Assembly (NCBI GenBank): GCA_038046765.1
Contig: JBBSVN010000011.1
Span: 1,152 to 65,151 of the forward strand
From: Candidatus Micrarchaeota archaeon
Lineage (GTDB): Archaea > Micrarchaeota > Micrarchaeia > Anstonellales > Bilamarchaeaceae
Direction of reading: 5' to 3'
DNA length: 64,000 bases
Part shown: in pieces, positions 9,286 to 20,047 of the stretch
How the letters are laid out: every line of letters starts with the position of its first letter
Position numbering within the stretch: the first letter of the stretch is position 1
Position numbers and translations under genes: made by a program
Notes under the pieces: model-generated
Told to the model about the DNA's origin: nothing
What the model saw: only the letters and a program-made list of their open reading frames with translations
Database searches by the model: none

Positions 9286-9990
9286 ATGAAATGTTTTGTT
9301 TTATGCGGAGGAGAAGGTACAAGGCTTAGGCCATATACATATAGTACTCCAAAGCCAATGCTTCCTATTGCTGGAAAAACAATATTACAATATACAATTG
9401 AAAATCTTAAGCGAAATGGCATCACCGATCTTGTAATTACAATCGGCTACAAAAAAGAACAAATAAAAGAATTCTTTGGAAATGGAAAAGATTTTGGTGT
9501 AAAAATAGAATACTTAGAAGAAGATACTCCAAAAGGAACTGCCGGAGGACTTCTAGAATATAAAGATAAAATTAAGGAAACTTTTGCAGTTGTTATGGGA
9601 GATCAGATTAGCAACGTCGAATTAAAAAAAATAGTTGATCATCATAAAAAACAAAGAAATGTTGCAACACTTGCACTACTTAAAAATAAAATTCCGCTTG
9701 AATATGGAGTCGTAGAAGTAAGAAGTGATGGCACTGTTGAAAAATTTGTTGAAAAACCAGTAATTCAAAATTATATTAATATGGCAATTTATGTCTTCGA
9801 GCCAAAAATATTTGATTACATAAAAGAAAAAGACGATTTTTCAAAACATGTTTTTCCTAAGATGCTAGAACAAAAAGAAAAATTAGGCGCGTACACACTT
9901 GAAGATGCAACCTGGTTTGATGTTGGACGCATTACTGATTACGAAAGATTAAATGAAACTATGAAAATTATGCAACTGGTGAAAAGCTGA
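9286..9990 (+). CDS. Sugar-phosphate nucleotidyltransferase (GlmU/RmlA/ManC-like)
   Basis: N-terminal LCGGEGTRLRPYTYSTPKPMLPIAGK is the G-x-G-T-R-L nucleotidyltransferase signature. Confidence 0.8.
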   Translation: MKCFVLCGGEGTRLRPYTYSTPKPMLPIAGKTILQYTIENLKRNGITDLVITIGYKKEQIKEFFGNGKDFGVKIEYLEEDTPKGTAGGLLEYKDKIKETFAVVMGDQISNVELKKIVDHHKKQRNVATLALLKNKIPLEYGVVEVRSDGTVEKFVEKPVIQNYINMAIYVFEPKIFDYIKEKDDFSKHVFPKMLEQKEKLGAYTLEDATWFDVGRITDYERLNETMKIMQLVKS

Positions 9991-10517
9991 TGGTTACCGT
10001 TGATCCAATCTATTTTTTTGTTTTCGGTGCTTTGTTTTTTCTTTATCACTCAATTAAAAAGATTCAAGAATATTTAAAATATAAAGAAAATGTTTATGCT
10101 GTTCAGGCATTAGGTTTATTTTTGATGGGGGCAGCTATAATGCTCATGTCTTCTCCGTATTATATAATCTACGGGGTGATCGTATTCATTTTAGCGATCT
10201 TAGTTTCTTTGTTTGCTCGCTTTGTTTTAAAACAAGACTTACAAAAAGTGCAAGACAGATATCAGGAACTAAACAAGGAAAGTTTTTTCAATAAATTATC
10301 CCGCAATTTATTCGATCGTGGGCTAACTGGTCAAATTGGATATTTTGTTCTTTCATTATTTTTCTTCACTGTTATTTTTAGTGCATTTGTTATACTTTTC
10401 CCATCTTTATTTACCAATACCTTCCAATACCTGCTTATAGCTTTGTTTTCTGCTTTACTTTCAACAAAATCCGCGCTAGATAGATACAATCGACAAAAAC
10501 AAGTTGAAAAAGCATGA
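9990..10517 (+). CDS. Hypothetical membrane protein
   Basis: Several hydrophobic helices. Start overlaps the upstream stop (TGATG) and the next gene overlaps it by 4 nt, so the three genes are operonic. Confidence 0.5.
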   Translation: MVTVDPIYFFVFGALFFLYHSIKKIQEYLKYKENVYAVQALGLFLMGAAIMLMSSPYYIIYGVIVFILAILVSLFARFVLKQDLQKVQDRYQELNKESFFNKLSRNLFDRGLTGQIGYFVLSLFFFTVIFSAFVILFPSLFTNTFQYLLIALFSALLSTKSALDRYNRQKQVEKA

Positions 10518-11026
10518 AATATCTAGTCCTTTCATTTTTTCTATTTATCGTATCGATAGGATGTGTAAATTTAAATTCAGGGTTTGAAGACAAAGATGTT
10601 TCCTTCCCATGTTCAATTGTTAACTCTACTCAGATTGAGAAACTTTGTGGTATAAACGGAGTTCAATCTATTGAAAATAAAGTTGGTAAATTTTGCATGT
10701 ATTCTAAAGAAAAAAACGGGGAATCAGAATTTTTTATGAACATCATTTTCATTCCAGTTACTGGTTCTTATTACAATGCAAGAAATCAGTTTATAGTTAA
10801 TAATCAGTCCATAAAGTCTATACTCAAAGAAAATCTGGGTTTAGGAGACTCCTCTTTTTTAGTTACTAATATAGATAAAGAAAAAAACGAAACGCTTCAA
10901 ACAAGTTTAGCTATCTTTAAAGGAAATTCTGCATTTACAGTAATTGTTAACAATAATATATGTGCTGACAAAATAAGCGAAATTGGCCAAATTGTATTAG
11001 ATAAATTAAAAAAGAATAAAAAGTGA
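10514..11026 (+). CDS. Hypothetical secreted protein or lipoprotein
   Basis: N-terminal hydrophobic segment ending in SIGC (lipobox-like). No other motif. Confidence 0.5.
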   Translation: MKYLVLSFFLFIVSIGCVNLNSGFEDKDVSFPCSIVNSTQIEKLCGINGVQSIENKVGKFCMYSKEKNGESEFFMNIIFIPVTGSYYNARNQFIVNNQSIKSILKENLGLGDSSFLVTNIDKEKNETLQTSLAIFKGNSAFTVIVNNNICADKISEIGQIVLDKLKKNKK

Positions 11027-11096
11027 ATTGCCCAGTTTCACAAAAGAATTTTAGCCGTTTTTCCAGGTTCGGGCGAATTTTTTTAAGTAGTTTGAA

Positions 11097-12401
11097 TTAT
11101 TTTTCCAAAATCCATTTCCAGACTGGCATTATTTTTATCTTTTTATAATCAGCCCATTTTCCTAGTGGCACATCTTTTGTATACTGGTCTTTGGTTAGAA
11201 TGATGCCATTTTCGATGTTAAGTTCATTCATAGCGTTATTTAATCCCTTAAATTCTCTATCAATATTTTTCTCATCAAGTTTATAACAAACTTGTATTGC
11301 TAGTTCAGCTTTGCCTTTTTTAGAAACTATAAAATCGCACTCCTCTTCATTTTTTGATTTATAATAATTTATGCCTTTATTTTCAATTTCATTTTGTCTT
11401 CTAAATAACTCTAAGAAAACAACATTTTCCAGTATTCTGCCCTGATCTTCTGATTCTTTAGATAGAAAATGAATATATCCTGTATCAAACAAGTATACTT
11501 TTGACTTTGATAATTCGCTTTTTTTGAATGATTTTGAACTTTGTTTAACATACGCAATCATGAAAACATCTTCAAGAGATTTTAAAATCAAATACAAATC
11601 CTCAAGGCTATAAGGTATTTTATTAGATTTAAGATAATTTTCAAATGCAGAAACAGAAAATGTATTGCCAAAGAGATTTAGCATATACTTAATCGTAATC
11701 TCAACTAATTTTATGTTTTTTATTTTGAGTCTTTCAACAATGTCCTTGTAAAGAACTGAATCAAAATAGTTGTTTATAATTTTGTTTTTTAGTTCAAGTA
11801 CATCCGTAGTCGCAATTTCAGGAAAGCCCCCGTATTTAGTATATTCTTCAAAATGCTTTTTAATTTCAAAGACTTGGTCGGTTAATTCAAAATTTTTTCC
11901 AAGAGTTATACCTTTATATTTTAAGTATTCAGAAAATGAAAAAGGTAGAAGCAGATACGGCAATGCCTTTCCTCTAAGAGACGTTGCAATTTCCCTGCTT
12001 AAAAGTTTGGAGTTAGATCCAGTAACCGTAACTTTATATCCTTCGTTTAAAAGAGAAACGATAAAATTTTCCCATCCTGAAACAACCTGTATTTCATCAA
12101 AGAAAAAGATTAATTTTTCTTTTGAAAAGAGCTCTTTAGACAACTCTAGTATTTTTATTAGATCTGCATTAGTTAGTTCAGTTAACAAATGATCTTCAAA
12201 ATTTACTAACACCCAGTCCTTATCTTTACTCTTGCTTATCAAATAGTATAAATAAAATGTTTTACCAGCTCGTCTTGGACCTATTATCACATTTGCTTTT
12301 TTAAGGTCAGTTTCATACACTTGCAGGTCTCGTACAAATATTTGCTGCGGCAATAACTCCCGATATTTGAGAATTACTTTTTTTATGTTATCAATGTCCA
12401 T
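11097..12401 (-). CDS. AAA+ ATPase with C-terminal nuclease-like domain (AAA_14 + DUF4143 / COG1373 type)
   Basis: Walker A IIGPRRAGKT and Walker B LIFFFDEIQ. C-terminal EECDFIVS...LAIQV resembles a PD-(D/E)xK-like core. Paralog at 57339-58547. Confidence 0.7.
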   Translation of the reverse strand: MDIDNIKKVILKYRELLPQQIFVRDLQVYETDLKKANVIIGPRRAGKTFYLYYLISKSKDKDWVLVNFEDHLLTELTNADLIKILELSKELFSKEKLIFFFDEIQVVSGWENFIVSLLNEGYKVTVTGSNSKLLSREIATSLRGKALPYLLLPFSFSEYLKYKGITLGKNFELTDQVFEIKKHFEEYTKYGGFPEIATTDVLELKNKIINNYFDSVLYKDIVERLKIKNIKLVEITIKYMLNLFGNTFSVSAFENYLKSNKIPYSLEDLYLILKSLEDVFMIAYVKQSSKSFKKSELSKSKVYLFDTGYIHFLSKESEDQGRILENVVFLELFRRQNEIENKGINYYKSKNEEECDFIVSKKGKAELAIQVCYKLDEKNIDREFKGLNNAMNELNIENGIILTKDQYTKDVPLGKWADYKKIKIMPVWKWILEK

Positions 12402-12430
12402 AATGTTATTTGGGGAGTAATATTTAAAAG

Positions 12431-12481
12431 CTTACGCATTTGTGTAAGGAAATATATTAATTCCTTACGTTTTTCCGTAAG
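12431..12481. promoter_or_regulatory. Two copies of an 18-bp palindrome, CTTACG-N6-YGTAAG
   Basis: cttacgcatttgtgtaag (12431-12448) and cttacgtttttccgtaag (12464-12481), centres 33 bp apart. They lie upstream of the TATA-like ttttaaatatt of the ATPase gene (minus strand). Confidence 0.4.
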
Positions 12482-12520
12482 AAATATAAAAATTACAAAT
12501 ACAAAAATCCCGTCATATCC

Positions 12521-12550
12521 CTTTTTAAACCTTTTCGTATTTAATTTGTA
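12521..12550 (+). promoter_or_regulatory. Putative RNAP-operon promoter (double TATA-like motif)
   Basis: ctttttaaaccttttcgtatttaatttgtaa lies ~25-50 nt before the rpoH start. Both halves recur upstream of rpl3 (22302-22346). Confidence 0.45.
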
Positions 12551-12573
12551 ATCTACTGATTTTGTTAGCTTAA

Positions 12574-12843
12574 TTGCCGGGTGGTATGTTGGTCAAGAAA
12601 AAAAATTCTGTTGAACTAGACATTTTATCGCATTCTCTTGTTCCTCAAATGAACGTGCTTTCAGAGAAGCAAAAGGAAGAAATGCTTAAACATTACAATA
12701 TAAATGATACTCAACTTCCTCGTATTTTATCTACTGATCCAGTTGTAGCTGTACTTAATGCAAAGACGGGGGATATCATTCATATTAAAAGAAAAGATGT
12801 TACCGCCTCTTACGATAGTTATAGGGTCGTTATAAGTAAATAA
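12574..12843 (+). CDS. rpoH: RNA polymerase subunit H (Rpo5)
   Basis: LSHSLVPQMNVLSEKQKEEMLKHYNI..QLPRILSTDPVV...GDIIHIKR is the RpoH/RPB5 C-terminal domain. First gene of the rpoH-B-A operon. The exact start is ambiguous: tracked TTG or the internal Met 4 codons later. Confidence 0.85.
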   Translation: MPGGMLVKKKNSVELDILSHSLVPQMNVLSEKQKEEMLKHYNINDTQLPRILSTDPVVAVLNAKTGDIIHIKRKDVTASYDSYRVVISK

Positions 12844-12907
12844 TTCTTTATGGTAAAATGTCTTATAAATTATAAATAAAACTTATAGATAAAACAAATA
12901 ATCAAAA

Positions 12908-14371
12908 GTGTTGGTTCATATGGTTGCAGGATTATTAGAAGCTTATTATCGGGATAATACATTGGTAAAGCAGCAGCTTGATTCATACAATAAATTTATC
13001 GAGTTCGGAATCCAGGATGTTATAACTCGGATAGAAAAAATTAAAACAAATGTTGAAGGATTTGAACTTAAGCTTGGAAAAGTCCGAATTGAACAACCAC
13101 GATATTATGAAGTAAAAGGAGGGTATAAACAAATTCTTCCAGTTGAATCCAGATTAAGAAATATTACTTATGCTGCACCCGTTTTTCTAGAAATAATTCC
13201 TATTTTTAATGGAGTTGAAAGACCAACTTATAGCGATGTTTTTATTGGTGAAGTACCTGTAATGGTGAAATCAAAACTTTGTTATTTATCTTCGATGGGC
13301 AAAGAACATTTAATTGAAAATGGTGAAGACCCAGATGATCCAGGCGGATACTTTATTGTAAACGGTAGTGAACGGGTTCTTGTTAGTATCGAAGATCTAG
13401 TTCCAAACAAACTCATGGTAACAAAAGAGAAAAACGGCATGGTTGCTAAAATCTTTTCGACATTCCAAGGATTTAGAGCTAGGTGCGTAGTAGAACGAAG
13501 TAATGATGGTTTATTTACTGTTGAGTTTCCATCTGCTCCATCATCTGTTTCATTAATACAAATTTTACGTGTACTTGGATTAGAAACAAATGCTGAAATT
13601 TCAAAAGCATTTTCGCACTCACGGTTGATCCAAAACGATGTCATACTTAACCTTGAAGTTGAAGAAAGTAAAAATAAGGAAGATGCGACTGAACTTCTAA
13701 GTAAGAGACTTTCTCCTGGTCAGCCATTAGAATTTAGGTTAAATCGAATGGAAAGTTTACTTGATAATTATTTATTACCTCACGTTGGTGTAAAGAAAGA
13801 ACTAAGAATGGAAAAAGTAAAATTCCTCATTCAAATGGCTGAAAGAGCTGTGCGTGTTTCATATAAACAAATTTCAGCTGATGACAAGGACCACTATGCA
13901 AATAAGAGGGTAAAACTAGCAGGGGAACTGATGGAAGAACTCTTTAGGTATGCATTCCAATTCCTGGTAAAAGATTTAGTTTATCAAGCTTCAAGAGCAG
14001 ATGCCAGAGGAAGGCGATTACAAGTTCATACTTTAGTTCGGCAAGATGCAATGGCGGATCGAATTAGATATGCTATGGCAACCGGTAATTGGATTGCTGG
14101 TCAAACAGGTATTTCACAACTTTTAGATCGGGTCAGTTATTTATCAACAATTTCACACTTAAGAAGAATCATTTCGCCACTATCTAAAAAGCATCCGCAC
14201 TTTAAGGCAAGAGATTTACATGGTACTCATGTTATGAGACTTTGTCCAAACGAAACTCCGGAAGGTCCAAGCTGTTCACTAGTTAAGAACTTAAGTGTCA
14301 TGTCTGAAGTTTCTATAGGAATTGACGATGAGCCATTGATGAAATTACTCAAGGCTTTTGATGTTAAATAA
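12908..14371 (+). CDS. rpoB2: RNA polymerase subunit B'' (Rpo2N, N-terminal half of split B)
   Basis: Family-level sequence (GGYFIVNGSERVLVS, ADDKDHYANKR, GPSCSLVKNL) and position upstream of B'. Start GTG 12908 or ATG 12920. Confidence 0.93.
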   Translation: MLVHMVAGLLEAYYRDNTLVKQQLDSYNKFIEFGIQDVITRIEKIKTNVEGFELKLGKVRIEQPRYYEVKGGYKQILPVESRLRNITYAAPVFLEIIPIFNGVERPTYSDVFIGEVPVMVKSKLCYLSSMGKEHLIENGEDPDDPGGYFIVNGSERVLVSIEDLVPNKLMVTKEKNGMVAKIFSTFQGFRARCVVERSNDGLFTVEFPSAPSSVSLIQILRVLGLETNAEISKAFSHSRLIQNDVILNLEVEESKNKEDATELLSKRLSPGQPLEFRLNRMESLLDNYLLPHVGVKKELRMEKVKFLIQMAERAVRVSYKQISADDKDHYANKRVKLAGELMEELFRYAFQFLVKDLVYQASRADARGRRLQVHTLVRQDAMADRIRYAMATGNWIAGQTGISQLLDRVSYLSTISHLRRIISPLSKKHPHFKARDLHGTHVMRLCPNETPEGPSCSLVKNLSVMSEVSIGIDDEPLMKLLKAFDVK

Positions 14372-14420
14372 TTTAGTTTAATTTATCTGCAAGAAAGGTT
14401 AGTTTATACGGTGTTATACT

Positions 14421-16256
14421 ATGGTAAAAAAGAAGAAATCTCCTGATCAAAAAACAACAATTTATCTAAATGGTAGGTTTGTCGGCCAACATAGCGATGG
14501 TGTTAATCTTGCCAAAAGGCTTCGTGAAAAACGAAGATCTAATGAATTAAATCCCCAAGTAAATGTCTATTATAATTCCAAGCTTGATGAACTTCATATC
14601 ATTACTGATAAGGGAAGAGTAAGGAGACCTTTAATCGTAGTTGAAGGTGGAAAATCGAGGCTCGTTCCAGAAATTTTATCAAAATTAAGAAACGGCGATC
14701 TAAACTGGCAACATTTGATTAAATTAGGTGTAATTGAATACTTGGACGCACAAGAAGAAGAGAATTCGTATATTGCACTTAAGGAGGAAGAAATAACTGA
14801 AGAACATACTCATTTTGAACCTGATTCAGCAGCAATGTTTGGTGTAGTTGCAGGTGTACTGCCATATACGGAATATAATTCATCTCCGCGTATTACAATG
14901 GCTTGTGCTATGGCTAAGCAGAGCCTTGGTATGTATGCTATGAATTTTAATCTTCGGTATGATACTCGTGCTTATATTATGTACTACCCTCAGCAACCAA
15001 TGATTCAAACAAGACTTTATAAAGCTCTTGATTTAAAAAACAAAGTTGCAGGACAAAACTGTGTTGTTGCCCTTACAAGTTATTTAGGATACAACATGGC
15101 TGATGCAATTATTGTAAATAAAGCTACAATAGAAAGAGGGATGTCAAGGACTGCTATGTTTAAGACATACGAAACTGAAGAGAGAACTTACCCGGGTGGA
15201 CAGAAGGATAAAATCGAAGCTCCAAATGCAGATGTAGCTGGTTATCGGGGAGAAGAAGCATATAAACATTTAGATGAAGATGGAATTATTTTACCTGGTA
15301 GTTATGTTCATGGAAAAGAAGTATTAGTTGGTAAAACCTCACCACCAAGATTCTTAGAAGAAATATCTGTTTTTGGTGCTGTTGAGGAGAAAAAGCGAGA
15401 AAGTTCGCTTGCATTAAAACCTGGTGAAGTTGGTAGAGTTGACTCGGTTTTAATAACTGAAGGTCCAAGCGGAAATCGTTTGGTGAAGGTTCGAATAAAA
15501 GCAATAAAAGTTCCTGAAATCGGAGATAAACTTGCTTCAAGACACGGACAAAAAGGTGTCATTGGATTACTAGCTAGTCAAGAAGATATGCCATTTACAA
15601 AAGATGGGATTACGCCTGATTTAATCGTTAATCCCCACGCAATACCCAGTAGAATGACTGTAGGTCACTTACTTGAAACCTTAGGTGGCAAAGCTGGAGC
15701 GCTTGGCGGTATGCTTATGGACGGAACTGCATTTAGCGGTAATGTCGAATCAGAATATAAAGAAATATTAAAGAAAAACGGCTTTGACGAATTCGGAGAA
15801 GAAATACTTTATGATGGAGTTAGTGGGAGACAAATCAAAGTAAAAATCTTTATTGGAGTTGTTTACTATCAAAGACTGCATCACTTGGTATCTAACAAGA
15901 TGCACGTTCGAGGTAGAGGTCCAGTTCAATTATTAACTCACCAGCCAACTGAAGGTAGGGCAAGAGAAGGTGGACTTCGTTTCGGGGAAATGGAACGAGA
16001 CTGCCTTATTGGTTTTGGGGCGAGTATGCTCATTAAAGAACGTTTACTTGAAGAGAGTGACAAGACCGTACAGCTTGTTTGCAGTGAATGTGGAAGCGTT
16101 GCAACACATGATTATGCCAGAAATAAAGACATCTGTCCAATCTGTGAAAACGAGGCAGTACAACCTGTTGAAATGAGTTATGCCTTTAAGTTACTCTTGG
16201 ATGAAATAAAATCCTTATACATATTCCCAAGGTTAGTTATGAAAGAAAAAGGATAA
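14421..16256 (+). CDS. rpoB1: RNA polymerase subunit B' (Rpo2C)
   Basis: GDKLASRHGQKGV, NPHAIPSRMTVGHL, GGLRFGEMERDCLI and a C-terminal Zn ribbon CSECG...CPIC. GGTG Shine-Dalgarno sequence upstream. Confidence 0.95.
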   Translation: MVKKKKSPDQKTTIYLNGRFVGQHSDGVNLAKRLREKRRSNELNPQVNVYYNSKLDELHIITDKGRVRRPLIVVEGGKSRLVPEILSKLRNGDLNWQHLIKLGVIEYLDAQEEENSYIALKEEEITEEHTHFEPDSAAMFGVVAGVLPYTEYNSSPRITMACAMAKQSLGMYAMNFNLRYDTRAYIMYYPQQPMIQTRLYKALDLKNKVAGQNCVVALTSYLGYNMADAIIVNKATIERGMSRTAMFKTYETEERTYPGGQKDKIEAPNADVAGYRGEEAYKHLDEDGIILPGSYVHGKEVLVGKTSPPRFLEEISVFGAVEEKKRESSLALKPGEVGRVDSVLITEGPSGNRLVKVRIKAIKVPEIGDKLASRHGQKGVIGLLASQEDMPFTKDGITPDLIVNPHAIPSRMTVGHLLETLGGKAGALGGMLMDGTAFSGNVESEYKEILKKNGFDEFGEEILYDGVSGRQIKVKIFIGVVYYQRLHHLVSNKMHVRGRGPVQLLTHQPTEGRAREGGLRFGEMERDCLIGFGASMLIKERLLEESDKTVQLVCSECGSVATHDYARNKDICPICENEAVQPVEMSYAFKLLLDEIKSLYIFPRLVMKEKG

Positions 16257-16307
16257 TTAAACGTGCCACTTTTTTAAAGTGAGCCTGTCGATAACGAGTT
16301 GATCACG

Positions 16308-18974
16308 ATGATGGAAATTCAAAAAGTTTTGGATAAAATTAAGTTTTCTTTATTCTCGCCAGAAATGGTAAGAAAAATGACTGCTGCAAAAATTGTTGTA
16401 CCTGATACTTATGATGATGATGGTTACCCGATTGATGGCGGTCTAGTTGATACTCGTTTGGGTATCGTAGACCCAGGTCTTAGATGTAAAACCTGTGGCG
16501 GAAGAGTAAAAGAATGTCCTGGTCACTTTGGTCATATTGAATTAATCAGACCAGTTATTCATGTTGAATTTGCAAAACATATCTTGTATGCACTAAAACT
16601 TACATGTTCAAGTTGTCATAAATTAATAGGAAAAGAGAGTATATCTGAAGTTGAAAAAGAAATTGAAGAAACCGAAATTGCAACAACTGCAGTTCCACCT
16701 GTCATTGCAGAAACTCCAATTGCCGATCCATTAATTTCATCTTCTGAAATTGCTGTTGTACCTACAGTTGCTGTTGTATCTGAAAAAGAAATTGCAGCTG
16801 TTGTAAAGCAGGATAGCGAAAAGAAAGAAAAGAAGAAAAGAAAAACTGTCAAAAAATGTTCACGATGCGACAGTGTTTTGCCAGATATAAAATTCTTAAA
16901 ACCAACTACGTTCTATAAGGACAAGGAAGTAATGCTCCCAACTGAAATAAAAGATTGGTTAAGTGCAATTTCTGATGAAGATTTAAGGCAACTTGGTTTT
17001 GACCCAAATTTGTCTAGGATTGAATGGGGAATTATAACTGTATTGCCTGTTCCGCCAGTTAATGTAAGACCAAGTATTACTCTTGAAACTGGTGAACGAA
17101 GCGAAGATGATTTAACTCACAAACTTGTTGATATTATTAGGATAAATCAGAAGTTAGAAGCTAATATTAATGCAGGAGCACCGCAGCTTATTATCGAGGA
17201 TTTATGGGAATTATTACAATACCATATTACTACCTACTTCAATAATGAAACTGCAAATATCCCTCCAGCGAGACACCGAAGTGGAAGACCATTAAAAACA
17301 CTTGCCCAGCGTCTTAAGGGTAAGGAAGGTCGTTTCCGATATAATTTATCTGGTAAGCGTGTTAACTTTTCAGCCCGTACTGTAATTTCACCAGACCCAA
17401 GATTAACTATTAATCAGGTCGGAGTTCCAGTTGATATTGCAAAAGAATTAACAATTCCAATTACAGTTACTGACTGGAACATTGAAGAATGTAAAAAGTA
17501 CATTCTCTCTCCAGGTTATCCAAAAGTAACTTATATTCTTAGGCCAGATGGAAAGAGGGTAAAAGTAGGGGACGAAGACACTCTTAAAAAAGAACTTGCC
17601 GAAAATCTTAAAATCGGTCAGATTATTGAAAGACAACTTGTAGATGGCGATATTGTACTATTTAATCGTCAGCCAAGTCTTCATAGAATATCTATGATGG
17701 CTCATAATGTAAAAATAATGTCTGGAAGAACATTCCGTCTTAATCCAATCGTAGTCCCGCCATACAACGCAGATTTTGACGGAGACGAAATGAATCTTCA
17801 CGTTATACAAACCGAAGAAGCACAGGCAGAGGCAAAATATTTAATGAAAGTTGAAGGACAAATTCTTTCTCCAAGGCATGGTCACGCTATAATTAAGCCA
17901 CAAGAAGATCATGTTTCAGGTCTATACTTTTTAACTAAAGAAGGTTCGGAATTTAGTGTTGAAGAAGCATCTAACCTTCTTTATGCAATTGGAATTTATG
18001 ATTTACCTGAACCAGATAAAAAAGGGAAATACTCTGGAAAATTGCTTTTCTCGCAGATACTTCCAAAAGATATCTCTGCAAAAATACAATCCAAACTTGG
18101 TGAAGAAATTCTTATCAAAAATGGTATGCTATTAAAAGGAGCAATTGAAAGTAAGGCAATTGAAAGTGAAGTCTTAGAAAAAATATTTGTTATGCACGGT
18201 CCAGAATATACTAGTGAATTTTTAACAAAAGCTACACGACTTGCGCTACAAAGCATTACTCAACATGGACTTAGTGTTTCAATTAGAGATTATACTATCT
18301 CAAAGAAAGGTGACGAGAGTATCAAAAAAGTACTTGACAAGATGAATCGTGAAATTGATAACTTAATTATGCAGTATCGGAACAAGACATTAGAACGGTC
18401 TCCTGGTGTTAGCATAAAAGAAACTTTGGAATCCTCGATTGTTCAAATTACATCAAGAATAAGAGATGAAGTTGGTAAAGTCGTTGAAGACGATTTAACA
18501 ATTGCCAATTCATCAATTATCATGGCAAAAATTGGGGCTAGGGGTAGTTTACTTAATGCTATTCAGATGAGTGCACTTGTTGCTCAGCAAACTGTTAGAA
18601 ATAAGCGAATAAAAAGAGGTTATCGCGGAAGATTTTTACCATACTTTAAAGCAGGAGTATTAACTGCAAAAGAACGTGGATTTGTATTTTCTTCATTTAG
18701 GAAAGGTATGACTCCTTACGAATTTATTGCACACGCAGTTGGTGGTAGAGAAGCCCTTGTTAACACAGCAATTAGAACTGCACGTTCTGGTTACATGCAA
18801 AGAAGACTGATTAACGCACTTCAAGACTTAGTTGTATACGAAGATATGACTGTTCGAAATGCTGACCTAAGTATTGTTCAGTTCATTTATGGAGGCGATG
18901 CATGCGATCCAATGTTATCAAGTAAATCTGAGGTTGTTGATACTGCAAAGCAAGATGATGTTGATACTGCATAA
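16308..18974 (+). CDS. rpoA1: RNA polymerase subunit A' (Rpo1N)
   Basis: CKTCGG...[22 protein letters not shown] and the [10 protein letters not shown] catalytic motif. ATG 16308 preferred over the tracked TTG 16299. Contains a low-complexity insertion between the second pair of Cys doublets. Confidence 0.95.
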   Translation: MMEIQKVLDKIKFSLFSPEMVRKMTAAKIVVPDTYDDDGYPIDGGLVDTRLGIVDPGLRCKTCGGRVKECPGHFGHIELIRPVIHVEFAKHILYALKLTCSSCHKLIGKESISEVEKEIEETEIATTAVPPVIAETPIADPLISSSEIAVVPTVAVVSEKEIAAVVKQDSEKKEKKKRKTVKKCSRCDSVLPDIKFLKPTTFYKDKEVMLPTEIKDWLSAISDEDLRQLGFDPNLSRIEWGIITVLPVPPVNVRPSITLETGERSEDDLTHKLVDIIRINQKLEANINAGAPQLIIEDLWELLQYHITTYFNNETANIPPARHRSGRPLKTLAQRLKGKEGRFRYNLSGKRVNFSARTVISPDPRLTINQVGVPVDIAKELTIPITVTDWNIEECKKYILSPGYPKVTYILRPDGKRVKVGDEDTLKKELAENLKIGQIIERQLVDGDIVLFNRQPSLHRISMMAHNVKIMSGRTFRLNPIVVPPYNADFDGDEMNLHVIQTEEAQAEAKYLMKVEGQILSPRHGHAIIKPQEDHVSGLYFLTKEGSEFSVEEASNLLYAIGIYDLPEPDKKGKYSGKLLFSQILPKDISAKIQSKLGEEILIKNGMLLKGAIESKAIESEVLEKIFVMHGPEYTSEFLTKATRLALQSITQHGLSVSIRDYTISKKGDESIKKVLDKMNREIDNLIMQYRNKTLERSPGVSIKETLESSIVQITSRIRDEVGKVVEDDLTIANSSIIMAKIGARGSLLNAIQMSALVAQQTVRNKRIKRGYRGRFLPYFKAGVLTAKERGFVFSSFRKGMTPYEFIAHAVGGREALVNTAIRTARSGYMQRRLINALQDLVVYEDMTVRNADLSIVQFIYGGDACDPMLSSKSEVVDTAKQDDVDTA

Positions 18975-18988
18975 ATTTATTGGTGATT

Positions 18989-20047
18989 ATGATGACTATT
19001 CAAACTAAGAAAAATGCTATTGCGCCTTTTGAGGCCGTTGGGGTAATTAGTGCACAAAGTATTGGTGAACCTGGTACACAGATGACGATGCGTACTTTCC
19101 ACTATGCTGGTGTTGCTGAACACGTACCAACTGGTTTACCACGGTTAATTGAAATTGTCGATGCTAAAAAAGAACCTAAAAAGGCAATTATTGACATCTA
19201 CTTAAAAAGTTCACATGCAAAAAGCCAGAGCGAAGCAGAAAGCGTAGCAAAAGAACTTGGTGCAGTTTTCGTAAGCGAAGTCGCGCGAGTAGAAGATGAT
19301 CTTTTAAATAGAACCATCATGCTAACTTATAGCGAAAAAGATGGGAAGTCCTTGGGTGTAAGCTTTGCTGCTCTAAGAAAATCTATTGAAAAAATTTCAA
19401 CAGACATAAAAGTAAACGAGCCAAAAATTCTTATAAAAGTTGCTCCTGAAAAGAAAAAAGATGGAGTTGAAAAAGAAATCAATGCAAAATATGTAAGAAA
19501 ACTTGCAAATAAAATAAAATTTTATCTTGTTAAGGGAGTTGAAGGTATTCTTAAACCTGTTGTTATTCGATCTGATAAAGAATATTTCATACGTGCAGCA
19601 GGAAGCAATATTCTAGGTGCAGTAACGCACAGTGCAGTTGATGCTAAAAGAATCTATACAAATAATATTAAGGCAATAGAAAAACTCTTTGGCATTGAAG
19701 CAGCTAGAAATGCAATCATTAAGGAAATTCAGGATGTTATGGATATGCAGAAACTTTACGTTGATATTAGACATATTATGCTTATTGCAGATGCAATGAC
19801 TTATGCTGGTGAAATAAAATCTATTGGAAGACACGGTTTATCTGGTGAAAAAGTCGGTGTCCTAGGAAGGGCAGCATTCGAAGAAACTGTAAAGCATTTA
19901 ATAAATGCAAGTGTCTTTGCTCAAGATGATAAATTAATTGGTGTAACTGAAAACATCATCGTTGGTCAGACTGTTCCAGTTGGTACTGGAAGAATTAAAC
20001 TTATGATGAAAACTAAAAAAGCAAAAGAATCAAAAGAAAAAGAATAA
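18989..20047 (+). CDS. rpoA2: RNA polymerase subunit A'' (Rpo1C)
   Basis: [22 protein letters not shown] (trigger-loop region) and ...[13 protein letters not shown] 18989 follows a GGTGAT Shine-Dalgarno sequence. Confidence 0.95.
   Translation: MMTIQTKKNAIAPFEAVGVISAQSIGEPGTQMTMRTFHYAGVAEHVPTGLPRLIEIVDAKKEPKKAIIDIYLKSSHAKSQSEAESVAKELGAVFVSEVARVEDDLLNRTIMLTYSEKDGKSLGVSFAALRKSIEKISTDIKVNEPKILIKVAPEKKKDGVEKEINAKYVRKLANKIKFYLVKGVEGILKPVVIRSDKEYFIRAAGSNILGAVTHSAVDAKRIYTNNIKAIEKLFGIEAARNAIIKEIQDVMDMQKLYVDIRHIMLIADAMTYAGEIKSIGRHGLSGEKVGVLGRAAFEETVKHLINASVFAQDDKLIGVTENIIVGQTVPVGTGRIKLMMKTKKAKESKEKE

Noticed and set aside
12574-12600. Possible frame irregularity or alternative start at the 5' end of rpoH
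   Set aside because: My hand count of positions around the T and A runs did not agree with the supplied ORF coordinates. The computed ORF track gives one continuous 89-aa frame, so I attribute the mismatch to my own counting. Only the choice between the TTG start and the Met 4 codons later remains open.
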